A DNA stretch of 24,515 nucleotides from Sulfurimonadaceae bacterium. Its GTDB lineage: Bacteria > Campylobacterota > Campylobacteria > Campylobacterales > Sulfurimonadaceae. The notes below the pieces were generated by a model that ran no database searches, had not been told where the DNA came from, and saw only the letters and a list, made by a program, of their open reading frames with translations. Location of the stretch: NCBI GenBank assembly GCA_041571435.1, contig JBFFUI010000035.1, positions 1-24,515 on the forward strand. The letters run 5' to 3'. Of this stretch, positions 16,743-24,515 are shown piece by piece. How positions within the stretch are numbered: the stretch's first letter is position 1; the number at the start of each line of letters is the position of its first letter. The translations under genes were made by a program, and so were the position numbers.

Positions 16743-17576
16743 ATGAAAATCGGTATAGTCGGATTGGGTCTAATGGGTGGTTCACTGGCTCTCAGTCTAC
16801 GTAAACTCTCCTTTGTCTCTAACATCTACGGCCTTGACCACAACACAGAGCACCAGAAAGAGGCACTTCGTCTTAATCTTGTTGAAAAACTTGTCGATTT
16901 TGAGGAACTCTGCACGCTCGACGTTATTGTCCTGGCCATTCCCGTTAATGGTGTTATCAATACACTTCAGAGTCTTGAAGGCAAGATCACCGAAACAACA
17001 ACTGTCATCGATCTTGGAAGCACTAAAGAGATCATCGTCAATGCCGTGCCCCAGAGTATCCGCAAAAATTTCGTTGCAGCGCACCCGATGACTGGAACGG
17101 AGCACAATGGCCCGTCCGCTGCATTCGAAGGGCTCTATAAAGACCAGGTCGTGGTCTTATGTGATCTCGAAGAGTCTGGTACACACCAGCAAGAGACTGC
17201 CGTGCGAATCTTTTCCGGTATTCATATGCGTCTGAGCTATATGCATGCCCATGAACATGACCGCCATGCCGCTTTCATCAGTCACATGCCCCATGTCATC
17301 TCTTTCTCAATCGCCAACTCCGTCCTCGCACAGGAGGACAAATACAACATCCTGGCGATGGCCGCAGGAGGTTTCCGCTCGATGAGCCGACTGGCCAAGT
17401 CATCACCCCATATGTGGGAAGATATCTTTAAACAAAACAAAGGGAATCTGATCGACGCGATCGAGGTCTTCCAGACCGAACTTGAACAGTTCAAAAAAGA
17501 GATCAAAAACGATGATTGGGAGAAGGTCAGCGACAAGATGCGCCGGGGCAATGAACTCGAAGATATCTTCTCTTAG
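16743..17576 (+). CDS. tyrA: Prephenate dehydrogenase
   Basis: Rossmann MKIGIVGLGLMGGS, DLGSTK, HPMTGTE, HD...AFISHMPH, GGFRSMSRLAKS and MWEDIF. Start moved to ATG 16743, with AGAGG 6 nt upstream. Confidence 0.96.
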   Translation: MKIGIVGLGLMGGSLALSLRKLSFVSNIYGLDHNTEHQKEALRLNLVEKLVDFEELCTLDVIVLAIPVNGVINTLQSLEGKITETTTVIDLGSTKEIIVNAVPQSIRKNFVAAHPMTGTEHNGPSAAFEGLYKDQVVVLCDLEESGTHQQETAVRIFSGIHMRLSYMHAHEHDRHAAFISHMPHVISFSIANSVLAQEDKYNILAMAAGGFRSMSRLAKSSPHMWEDIFKQNKGNLIDAIEVFQTELEQFKKEIKNDDWEKVSDKMRRGNELEDIFS

Positions 17577-17599
17577 AATGCACAGCCCACTTTGCAGAC

Positions 17600-18697
17600 C
17601 TAGCGGTATTTTTTGAGTAAACTTTTCACCTCTTTCTGATCGATAGAGAGTTTTTTACCCCCATAAATATGGGCTTCTAACGCTTCTATCACCGAAGAGA
17701 CCCCTTCATCCTCTCTATGCGCCAGAAGCAGACGCAACACCTCTTTATGATGACGATGTGACACTTTTATTCTCTTCTGTTTTTGTCCCAAACCGTTTCT
17801 CAACAGGAAGAGCAGCAGTAGCACACCCAGGAGAGCAACTGTTGCCGCATATACCACGACATGATCCTCGCTTTCGTCAACGGTTTCAGCATCACGGCCC
17901 CGCGTCTGTAAAGCGTCATTTCCGCCGATGACATCTATCGCGATCGCTTCTGTTTTCAGCTCTTTCACCGACTCTTCTGAGGGGTCAAAATAGCGTAAAC
18001 ATATTGGTTCTATGGTGAAATTACGGTCACCCGTAAACGTGAGTTTTTGCCGCCATGACTCTCTGTTACCGCTACTCATCTGGACCAGCCTTGGGTCATC
18101 GGCAAAGATATTGGCATTCGCAACGCCCGGCAGTCTAACCGACAGGTCCTCAAAATTACCCTCACCCTCAACGACAATCTCGCCATGCAGAGGTTTTCCT
18201 GCAGCGACTTCGCTGTTCTCAACGTCAAATGCAAGCGTAAATGCACCGACCAGAGTCGTCTCTTCCGGAAGAGGCGCTACATAGACCTCTACCGCATTTG
18301 AATAATAGCTCTGCCAGTTACGTTTTTCTCTGAGGTTCCCCCATGCATCGTGTTCAACCTGATCAAAAGCGACCTGCACCTCAGCCGGAGAGATCTGCAA
18401 GAGACCGTCCTGTTGTGCGCTAAGCAGATACCGCTTTGTGCTTAGCGTACACGCATCCTCTTTCGATTGAAGTACCTTATAGGTTCTTTTGATCCAGAGA
18501 TGTCCCATCTGCGGTTCGACAAAAACAGGCAACACGTTCTGCGCAGTGCCGCACATTTTCAAACGCACTTCTAGTTCAAAGGGTTCACCGACAAAGAGAG
18601 AGCGATCGGGACCTTTCATGGTCAGGGCGACATTGCTGTCCGCGTTCAAAGCAATGACCGTCATAAGCAGAAGCAGCATGCTACCAAGGTTTTGCAC
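17600..18697 (-). CDS. BatD-like exported, C-terminally membrane-anchored protein
   Basis: Signal peptide, beta-rich domains (VGEPF, VGAFTL, GEGNF, LRYFDP) and a C-terminal TM helix. Start set at GTG 18697 (AAGGAG 6 nt upstream), overlapping the KPW-stop end of the previous gene. Confidence 0.8.
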   Translation of the reverse strand: MQNLGSMLLLLMTVIALNADSNVALTMKGPDRSLFVGEPFELEVRLKMCGTAQNVLPVFVEPQMGHLWIKRTYKVLQSKEDACTLSTKRYLLSAQQDGLLQISPAEVQVAFDQVEHDAWGNLREKRNWQSYYSNAVEVYVAPLPEETTLVGAFTLAFDVENSEVAAGKPLHGEIVVEGEGNFEDLSVRLPGVANANIFADDPRLVQMSSGNRESWRQKLTFTGDRNFTIEPICLRYFDPSEESVKELKTEAIAIDVIGGNDALQTRGRDAETVDESEDHVVVYAATVALLGVLLLLFLLRNGLGQKQKRIKVSHRHHKEVLRLLLAHREDEGVSSVIEALEAHIYGGKKLSIDQKEVKSLLKKYR

Positions 18698-20309
18698 TGT
18701 CTGCTCCTTCATCCGGTTTCGGAACATCTATCTTGTGGGCTTGGGGATGTTGACGCTGCTGCAGTGTCTTTAGCCACTTGTTAGCCTCCCTGTCGCTCAT
18801 GACTCTACTTGCATGCGGTTTGCTTTCCCCACTCTTGAACGCACCGTCTTTCCCTCGGCTTGCACTACTGATCGAGGGCCTTTCTGCTCTGGCATGTGCT
18901 AAACCGGCCTGCTTCAAGACATTTCCCTTTATAGCCTCCTCCCGTTCGTGTAGTGCTTTTTTAACACGTTCCAAATTTTCACGGCTCTGCGGATCTTCTT
19001 GGAACGTCAAGGCCTTTTCATAAGCCGATACCGCTTTTTTCAGATGTTCTATATCGCCGATCTTTGCGAAGGCATTGCCCATATTGTGATAAAGCTGATG
19101 GTTTTTCTCACTGTCTGAAAAAGAGATAGTCTCATACAGCCCCAAGGCCATCTTATACCGGCCGCTTCTATAATAGCTGTTGGCCGCATTATAAGCCGCT
19201 TCTGCACTCTTATTCTCCGAAGCATATTGTGAATAGGTTTTGGCACTTCTCTGGTAATCCTTCTGGCGGTAAGCTTCTTGTGCCTGTTCCAAACGTTTAT
19301 AGTTAAACAGCTCAGCCTCTGCGGTCTGCGGCTGACCGCTGAATAGTGCCAGCAGCAGCAAAGGGAGATGGTACTTTTCACCCTTGTGAAACGAACTTGT
19401 TGCGACTAACAGCATAAACATTGCGAGACCGATAGGTAGAATAAAAAAGTGGAAGTAGATCGCTTTTCGCGTCTGCTCTGTAGGTGCAGACATCCTCGAA
19501 GCGAGCAGCGGCGAAAACTCATCCATCTGTAATACGGCCCCGCCACTCTCTTTAGCCAACATCTCAGCAGCACGGTTGACCCGACTGATAACCGCCGCAT
19601 CCCCTTGACGAAGCGCACCGTCTCTCTTCGGAATGACAGTCCCCTTCTCCGTACCCATCGCAAGCAGATAGATCTTGATCCCCTCTTTTTTAGCATACGC
19701 GATCTCTTCGGTGAACACCGGCTTGTCTCCGCCGTCACTGACAAGCAGCAATCGCTTCTCCTCTCTGCCTTGAAACTGCTTGGCTGCCGCTTTCAGGAGA
19801 TTCAGGATGTTAGTACCGTGTTCACTGGTATAGCTGTTGTCCATCGACTTGAGCAAAAATGCAAGCATCTTATGGTCAAAGGTCGGCGGTGCTACCAGAT
19901 AGCTGCTCTTAGCAAAGGCGATCAGGCCGATACGATGTTGGTTCTCTTGTCGCAGCAGTTGCAGTACTTTCTGTTTTCCCAAGCTCAGACGATTGGGGAA
20001 GACATCTTCACACAACATGGAGTCGCTGATATCCAGTGCGACATAGAAGAGATCATCCTTTACTTTTACATCGGCATGCCCTTTTTCGATGACTGGCCCT
20101 GCAAGTGCCAGAATGATAAAGAAAAGCATCAAAAAGTAGAGGACATTTCGTGTTTTGGCCGAGAGCCTTTTGGTGTCAACCCGCAGTTTTGCCACTGCTT
20201 CCGGTGAAAAAAAATGCTCTTGCGGATCGCTCTGGGTCAGCAACAGACCAAAGAGCAGAAGCAGTACCGGCAACATCAGATAGATAAACTCCGGGTGTAA
20301 AAAACTCAT
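18681..20309 (-). CDS. VWA + TPR protein (BatB/BatC-like fusion)
   Basis: N-terminal TM pair with LAGP, MIDAS DISDSM, DVFPNR, PPTFD and SDG. Then TPR repeats (AYNAANSYY, YHNMGNAF, YEKAL) and a W-stop end. Start at ATG 20309, ATGA overlap. Confidence 0.9.
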   Translation of the reverse strand: MSFLHPEFIYLMLPVLLLLFGLLLTQSDPQEHFFSPEAVAKLRVDTKRLSAKTRNVLYFLMLFFIILALAGPVIEKGHADVKVKDDLFYVALDISDSMLCEDVFPNRLSLGKQKVLQLLRQENQHRIGLIAFAKSSYLVAPPTFDHKMLAFLLKSMDNSYTSEHGTNILNLLKAAAKQFQGREEKRLLLVSDGGDKPVFTEEIAYAKKEGIKIYLLAMGTEKGTVIPKRDGALRQGDAAVISRVNRAAEMLAKESGGAVLQMDEFSPLLASRMSAPTEQTRKAIYFHFFILPIGLAMFMLLVATSSFHKGEKYHLPLLLLALFSGQPQTAEAELFNYKRLEQAQEAYRQKDYQRSAKTYSQYASENKSAEAAYNAANSYYRSGRYKMALGLYETISFSDSEKNHQLYHNMGNAFAKIGDIEHLKKAVSAYEKALTFQEDPQSRENLERVKKALHEREEAIKGNVLKQAGLAHARAERPSISSASRGKDGAFKSGESKPHASRVMSDREANKWLKTLQQRQHPQAHKIDVPKPDEGADSAKPW

Positions 20310-21232
20310 AGCCACCCTCTTCTATTGCGCAGATAGACATAGATCAGCAAGGTAAAAAAAGCCATAAAAAGCGGATAGATATAGAAGTACTGTTTGAACA
20401 TGTAGTCAAAATGTTCGATCTGCGACTTTTCCAGCATATCGATCTCGTTGTAGATCTGCTTCAACTCGTTTGCATCAACGGCACGGAAACTTTTACCGCC
20501 GCTCTCTTTGGCAATAGTGTTCAACGAAACAGCGTCATACCCGTTCTCACTGCCGATACCGATCGTATAGAACCGTACCTTCTCTTTTTTTGAGAGGGCC
20601 ATCGCCGTCTTCAGGGATATCTGATTGCCGGCAGTGTTGTAACCATCGCTAAGCAAGATCGCGATCCTGTTCTTCGCTTTGGATCGGTGTAAAAGGTTTA
20701 CAGCCTGGGCTACCGCCTCAAAAAGTGCCGTGGACTTGCCCGCCATACCGACTTCCTGGTGCGACACGATCTGCTTCAGGACTGCTTTGTCATTCGTCAA
20801 TGGCGCAGCGATGAAAGCATAGTCCCCGAAGAGCACCAGACCGAGGTTATCATCCCGGCGGGTAGCGATGAAATCGTTGACGATCTTTTTGACCGCATCG
20901 AACCGGCTACGCTTTGGTTGTTTCGGATCAAAAGCCTTGGCCGCCATTGATCGGCTGGCATCCAGTACCAGCGCAATCTCATATCCTTCGGCAGTGTCAA
21001 GTTCCAGTGCAGCATCTTTGACCGGTGACATAAAGGCAAGAACCAACAATACGATGCTCAGCCACTTCAGAAGCCACATCATCGTTGAGACAGTTTCCGT
21101 CTCTCTGGTTAACGCAGCGGTATTTGGAAAATAAATCGCCGAGGAACGAAGTTTACAGTAGACTTCGCAAGCGATATAGATGAAAACAAAACTCAGGGCT
21201 TTAGGGTACTCGAAATAGAGCCCTTCAAACAT
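20306..21232 (-). CDS. BatA-like VWA domain membrane protein
   Basis: FEYP N-terminus, TM helices, MIDAS DASRSM, RRDDNLGLVLFG, APLT, LSDG, YTIGIG, GGKSFRA and a C-terminal TM. Confidence 0.92.
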   Translation of the reverse strand: MFEGLYFEYPKALSFVFIYIACEVYCKLRSSAIYFPNTAALTRETETVSTMMWLLKWLSIVLLVLAFMSPVKDAALELDTAEGYEIALVLDASRSMAAKAFDPKQPKRSRFDAVKKIVNDFIATRRDDNLGLVLFGDYAFIAAPLTNDKAVLKQIVSHQEVGMAGKSTALFEAVAQAVNLLHRSKAKNRIAILLSDGYNTAGNQISLKTAMALSKKEKVRFYTIGIGSENGYDAVSLNTIAKESGGKSFRAVDANELKQIYNEIDMLEKSQIEHFDYMFKQYFYIYPLFMAFFTLLIYVYLRNRRGWL

Positions 21233-21626
21233 CGATCATCCCAAGATAGATCTCGTAATAACTCCTGCTCTCTTCATCGATAGGGGAAACGACCTTCTTG
21301 TATTTATATATTTCCAGGCGTGAAACAAGGTTCGCATAAGCCTCTTTCAGCCGCGGTGAATCATCGGCAAATGCCCGTCCGTGTTCGGTAATGGAATAGG
21401 CCGCTTTTTTAGGTTCCGTCAAGTCAACCCTTATGAGTGCATTGTAGTGCGTCTTTCTTTTATTGACGATCTTGCGGTTTTTAATAAAACGGTACAGAAG
21501 GTAGAGGCCGCCTGCAAATAGTACCGTGACGATGACAACCAAGACGATAAAGAGCGTTAAGGAGCTGTCGGGCACATCCATGAGCGGTTTGATGTCATGT
21601 AGCGGGATATCGTATGAAACCGCCAT
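21225..21626 (-). CDS. Small single-TM membrane protein of the MoxR/Bat cluster (DUF4381-like)
   Basis: LHDIKP motif followed by one TM helix and a basic stretch. Overlaps both neighbours. Confidence 0.8.
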   Translation of the reverse strand: MAVSYDIPLHDIKPLMDVPDSSLTLFIVLVVIVTVLFAGGLYLLYRFIKNRKIVNKRKTHYNALIRVDLTEPKKAAYSITEHGRAFADDSPRLKEAYANLVSRLEIYKYKKVVSPIDEESRSYYEIYLGMIDV

Positions 21627-22459
21627 CAGAGCTGTCCTTCAAAAAGTCGCCGCAGCGCTATGGCGCTGTTCTCGTCTGTATAGATCTTTGTGAAACGCAC
21701 ACCGTCTTTTCGTAGTCTCCCGTAGAGTTCCCGATCATGTGCATGCACCTTTGCAGCATAGGTATTGACACTTTTTTGGGAGTAGTCACCTTCAAGCTGT
21801 TGGCCCGTCTCGGGATCACGCAGCGATGCAAAACCCATCACCGGCGGTTTCTCTTCCAGACGGTCGCGCACGATAATGGCGATCACCTCATGTTTCTTGG
21901 CCAAAAGCCTGAAATCGGGCAGGTCAAAAAAATCTGCCACAACCAGTATAAGAGAACGCCTGCGGACTCGTTTATAGAGCGTCTCTGCCAAAAGCTTGTA
22001 GTTGGCGACCTTGTTGATCGCATCAAACGTCAATATCTCATCGACACTCTTGGTGATGGACGATACCTTTTTTGTCGGTCTGTTTTCACTGTAAAGTCTG
22101 TCTGCATAGATGTGGGTACTCAACAGATCACCGTTATGCAAGACTGCGTATGAGAGATTGGCGACCACCTCGGCAATCAGCTCCTGTTTAAACTTTTTTG
22201 TCCCGAAATGGACACTGCCGTTGAGCATTGAAGCGATCACGATATTGAGCTCACGTTCCTCTTTAAAGATCTTGATATACGGTTTTTGCATCTTTGCCGT
22301 GATATTCCAGTCAATATGACGGATGTCATCGCCCGGCATATACTCGCGCAGTTCGATAAAGTCATACCCTTCACCATGAAATATCGAGGGGTTGTTACCG
22401 ATCATCTCACTAAAGACTTGACGGCGTGCTCTGACCAGGATTTTGTTCAATGTTGACAT
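21626..22459 (-). CDS. DUF58 domain protein
   Basis: GEGYDFIELREYMPGDDIRHIDWNITAK and FKEEREL, immediately downstream of moxR. Confidence 0.93.
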   Translation of the reverse strand: MSTLNKILVRARRQVFSEMIGNNPSIFHGEGYDFIELREYMPGDDIRHIDWNITAKMQKPYIKIFKEERELNIVIASMLNGSVHFGTKKFKQELIAEVVANLSYAVLHNGDLLSTHIYADRLYSENRPTKKVSSITKSVDEILTFDAINKVANYKLLAETLYKRVRRRSLILVVADFFDLPDFRLLAKKHEVIAIIVRDRLEEKPPVMGFASLRDPETGQQLEGDYSQKSVNTYAAKVHAHDRELYGRLRKDGVRFTKIYTDENSAIALRRLFEGQL

Positions 22460-22468
22460 ATCATCACC

Positions 22469-23416
22469 CTACGGGATCGCCACCGCTTCTAAGATCTTGA
22501 CGATCAGTTCATCCGTCGTCACACCTTCTGCTTCGGCCTCGTAAGAGAGGACGATACGGTGGCGCATCAGCTCTTTGGCGACATAGGCAACATCCACCGG
22601 TGTCACAAAGTCTTTGCCTCGCAGATAAGCCATTGCTTTAACCGCTTTGAACATGTCAATACTAACACGGGGAGAGGCGCCGAACTGGATATATTCGTCG
22701 ATCTCTCCAAGGCCGTAGGCCGCTGGATCACGCGTAGCGGAAACAAGCTCGATCATATAGCGTTCCACCTCTTCATCTATATGGATCTTTTGGACCTCTT
22801 TTTTCATCTTTACAAGCTCATCTCTATCCACGACCGCCTGAATCTCCTGGACTGCCCCGGTTGCAACGCGGCGGGCGATCTCCAACTCCTCCTCTTTAGA
22901 GTTGTAGCCGACCACCATCTTGAGCATAAAACGGTCCAGCTGCGCTTCCGGAAGTTGATAGACGCCTTCCTGCTCGATCGGGTTTTGCGTTGCCATAACA
23001 AAAAACGGCAGATCCATCGCAAAACTCTCCTCACCGATGGTGACCTGTCGCTCCTGCATCACTTCCAAAAGCGCCGACTGTACTTTGGCCGGCGCACGGT
23101 TAATCTCATCTGCAAGGAGCAGGTTGGTAAAAACCGGCCCTTTTTTGATCTTGAAGTCATTTTGTTGCGGGTCATAGATCTCAGCTCCCAGAATGTCGGA
23201 AGGAAGCAGGTCGGGTGTAAACTGTACCCGTTTAAAGCCGAGACCGAGACTTTTTGCCAGGGCATTCACCGTTGTGGTCTTTGCCAGGCCCGGGATCCCT
23301 TCAATAAGAATATGGCCTTCACAAAGCAGCCCGATCAACAGACTGTCGATCATCTTCTCCTGACCGACGACGACCTTGGCCACTTCACTTTTTATCGCTT
23401 CGATTTTGTTAAACAT
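22469..23416 (-). CDS. moxR: MoxR family AAA+ ATPase
   Basis: Walker A GIPGLAKT, RVQFTPDLLPSD, Walker B LLADEINRAPAKVQSALLE, ATQNPIEQEG, LPEAQLDRF and GASPR. Confidence 0.96.
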   Translation of the reverse strand: MFNKIEAIKSEVAKVVVGQEKMIDSLLIGLLCEGHILIEGIPGLAKTTTVNALAKSLGLGFKRVQFTPDLLPSDILGAEIYDPQQNDFKIKKGPVFTNLLLADEINRAPAKVQSALLEVMQERQVTIGEESFAMDLPFFVMATQNPIEQEGVYQLPEAQLDRFMLKMVVGYNSKEEELEIARRVATGAVQEIQAVVDRDELVKMKKEVQKIHIDEEVERYMIELVSATRDPAAYGLGEIDEYIQFGASPRVSIDMFKAVKAMAYLRGKDFVTPVDVAYVAKELMRHRIVLSYEAEAEGVTTDELIVKILEAVAIP

Positions 23417-23425
23417 CTTTACCCT

Positions 23426-24515
23426 TTATTCAGTAATTGTATCACTTTTCAATAGAAAACTGATCTCTTTTTTCAGTTCGCGCAGAGAGGCGGTATGACC
23501 CAAAGCCTCATATTTTTGGATCAGCGGTATAAAACGTTCATCGCCCTGTATCACCAGCTTTGTCAGCACACTGTTTACAGACCGGCATGCTTCTATTTCC
23601 GCTTCAAACCCTTTCACCTCTCTCTTGCGCCACTTAAATTTCGACAGGAGACGGCCCAGTATGACACCCGTGATAAAGGTTAAAAGATAGTTCAAATAGC
23701 TCCAGGACCACCAACTGGTGCTCTCGTCTTCTACTTCGTCAAGTAGCTCTTCTTTGGTATAAGCCTCCTGAACATGAACAGTAAAAGGTTCTGAACGGAG
23801 TACCACACGCTCTTTTTTGGCAATATCGAAATAACGGAGTTCTAAGGGATCGATCTTGAAATCTCTGTCACTGACAAGCGAGAATTTCTGCTCCCATGCT
23901 CCCTTAAAACCGTTCTTGGTCAACCTGTACTCTTTTTTACCTGGTTCGCTGAAGATTTTGACTCCCTCAATTGCAAGTTCGAAATCCTGCATCTGATCAA
24001 AATCGCCCTCACCCTTGACCTTGATGTCAAGATGCACCGGATCATATGCTTTCACCTCGTTCTTGTCGAGCATCACATTCAGTGTAAAACGGCCTGTCAT
24101 ACGTTCCTTATGCGGCAGGACCTCCAGCAGTACGGCAGGCAGCGTGACCTTGGTATCTGTAAAGGCGTAATTCTCTACGTTATCACGTCCGATTACGGAG
24201 TTTTCTATCGACGCTTTTGTCGTCTTGCGCATCAATGCAGTGAACGAATACCTGTTCTCACCGGGCTGTTTTGGGAAAAGCACGTATCGGTAGGTGACAC
24301 TGCGTCTGCCATCGGTCACCTTCTCTACCACGCCTAACGGCAGAAGACGGTAGGCATCATTCTCGCTTTGGGGTGCGAACTCGATGACATGAAGAAAGGC
24401 CCTGTCGGTAAAACGGCAGGTGTACTCTATCTCAACGGCTTCATTGACATAGACGCTGCTTTTTGTTGTTTTAAGACTCCAGCTATAGGGATCAGCGCCA
24501 AAAAGCAGTGTACCC
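23426..24515 (-). CDS. BatD-like exported, membrane-anchored protein (5' end outside window)
   Basis: The frame stays open beyond the track's 24331 start to the window edge (GTLLFGADPYSWSLKTTKSSVYVNEAV..., the end of a signal peptide). It has GRFTL, GEGDF and LRYFD motifs and a C-terminal TM. Confidence 0.82.
   Translation of the reverse strand, partial: GTLLFGADPYSWSLKTTKSSVYVNEAVEIEYTCRFTDRAFLHVIEFAPQSENDAYRLLPLGVVEKVTDGRRSVTYRYVLFPKQPGENRYSFTALMRKTTKASIENSVIGRDNVENYAFTDTKVTLPAVLLEVLPHKERMTGRFTLNVMLDKNEVKAYDPVHLDIKVKGEGDFDQMQDFELAIEGVKIFSEPGKKEYRLTKNGFKGAWEQKFSLVSDRDFKIDPLELRYFDIAKKERVVLRSEPFTVHVQEAYTKEELLDEVEDESTSWWSWSYLNYLLTFITGVILGRLLSKFKWRKREVKGFEAEIEACRSVNSVLTKLVIQGDERFIPLIQKYEALGHTASLRELKKEISFLLKSDTITE

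Noticed and set aside
17577..17599. Terminator between convergent tyrA and the BatD-like gene
   Set aside because: Only a 4-bp TGCA/TGCA stem in a 23-bp gap, too weak to call.
22559..23455. 298-aa plus-strand ORF opposite moxR, and similar antisense ORFs over hsrA, the kinase and the VWA genes
   Set aside because: They mirror well-conserved genes on the other strand, have no recognisable motifs, and are explained by codon bias.
1..24515. Mobile elements, prophage, defence systems, tRNA/rRNA genes
   Set aside because: No transposase, integrase, nuclease or structural RNA signatures seen. All intergenic gaps are about 200 bp or less, and every long ORF has a housekeeping or Bat-cluster assignment.

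Overview
Core-genome housekeeping region from a Campylobacterota (epsilonproteobacterial) chromosome. A Sulfurimonas/Sulfuricurvum-like organism is my inference from gene order and protein style. Left, minus strand: nadA-nadC-DHH phosphoesterase-M23 peptidase-lpxC-tsaB-like-thrB-ylxR-infB, with infB running off the left edge. Middle, plus strand: plsY-folB-hsrA/cosR response regulator-sensor kinase (CosS-like)-2[4Fe-4S] ferredoxin-ppx/gppA. Then bamA (minus) divergent from tyrA (plus). Right, minus strand: a MoxR/VWA 'Bat'-type operon (BatD-like, moxR, DUF58, small membrane protein, BatA-like VWA, VWA-TPR, second BatD-like), entering from the right edge. I see no rRNA, tRNA, CRISPR array, mobile element or clear pseudogene, and no protein-level system I can call new. 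The most promising unexplained signals are cis-regulatory: a strand-specific 17-bp G-U-rich hairpin in the bamA leader, a 28-bp dyad in the kinase leader, a dyad in the nadA leader, 11-bp-phased TTAA boxes at the hsrA promoter, and a TATAAT/GC-rich discriminator overlapping the ylxR start. All calls are by eye, with no database searches.
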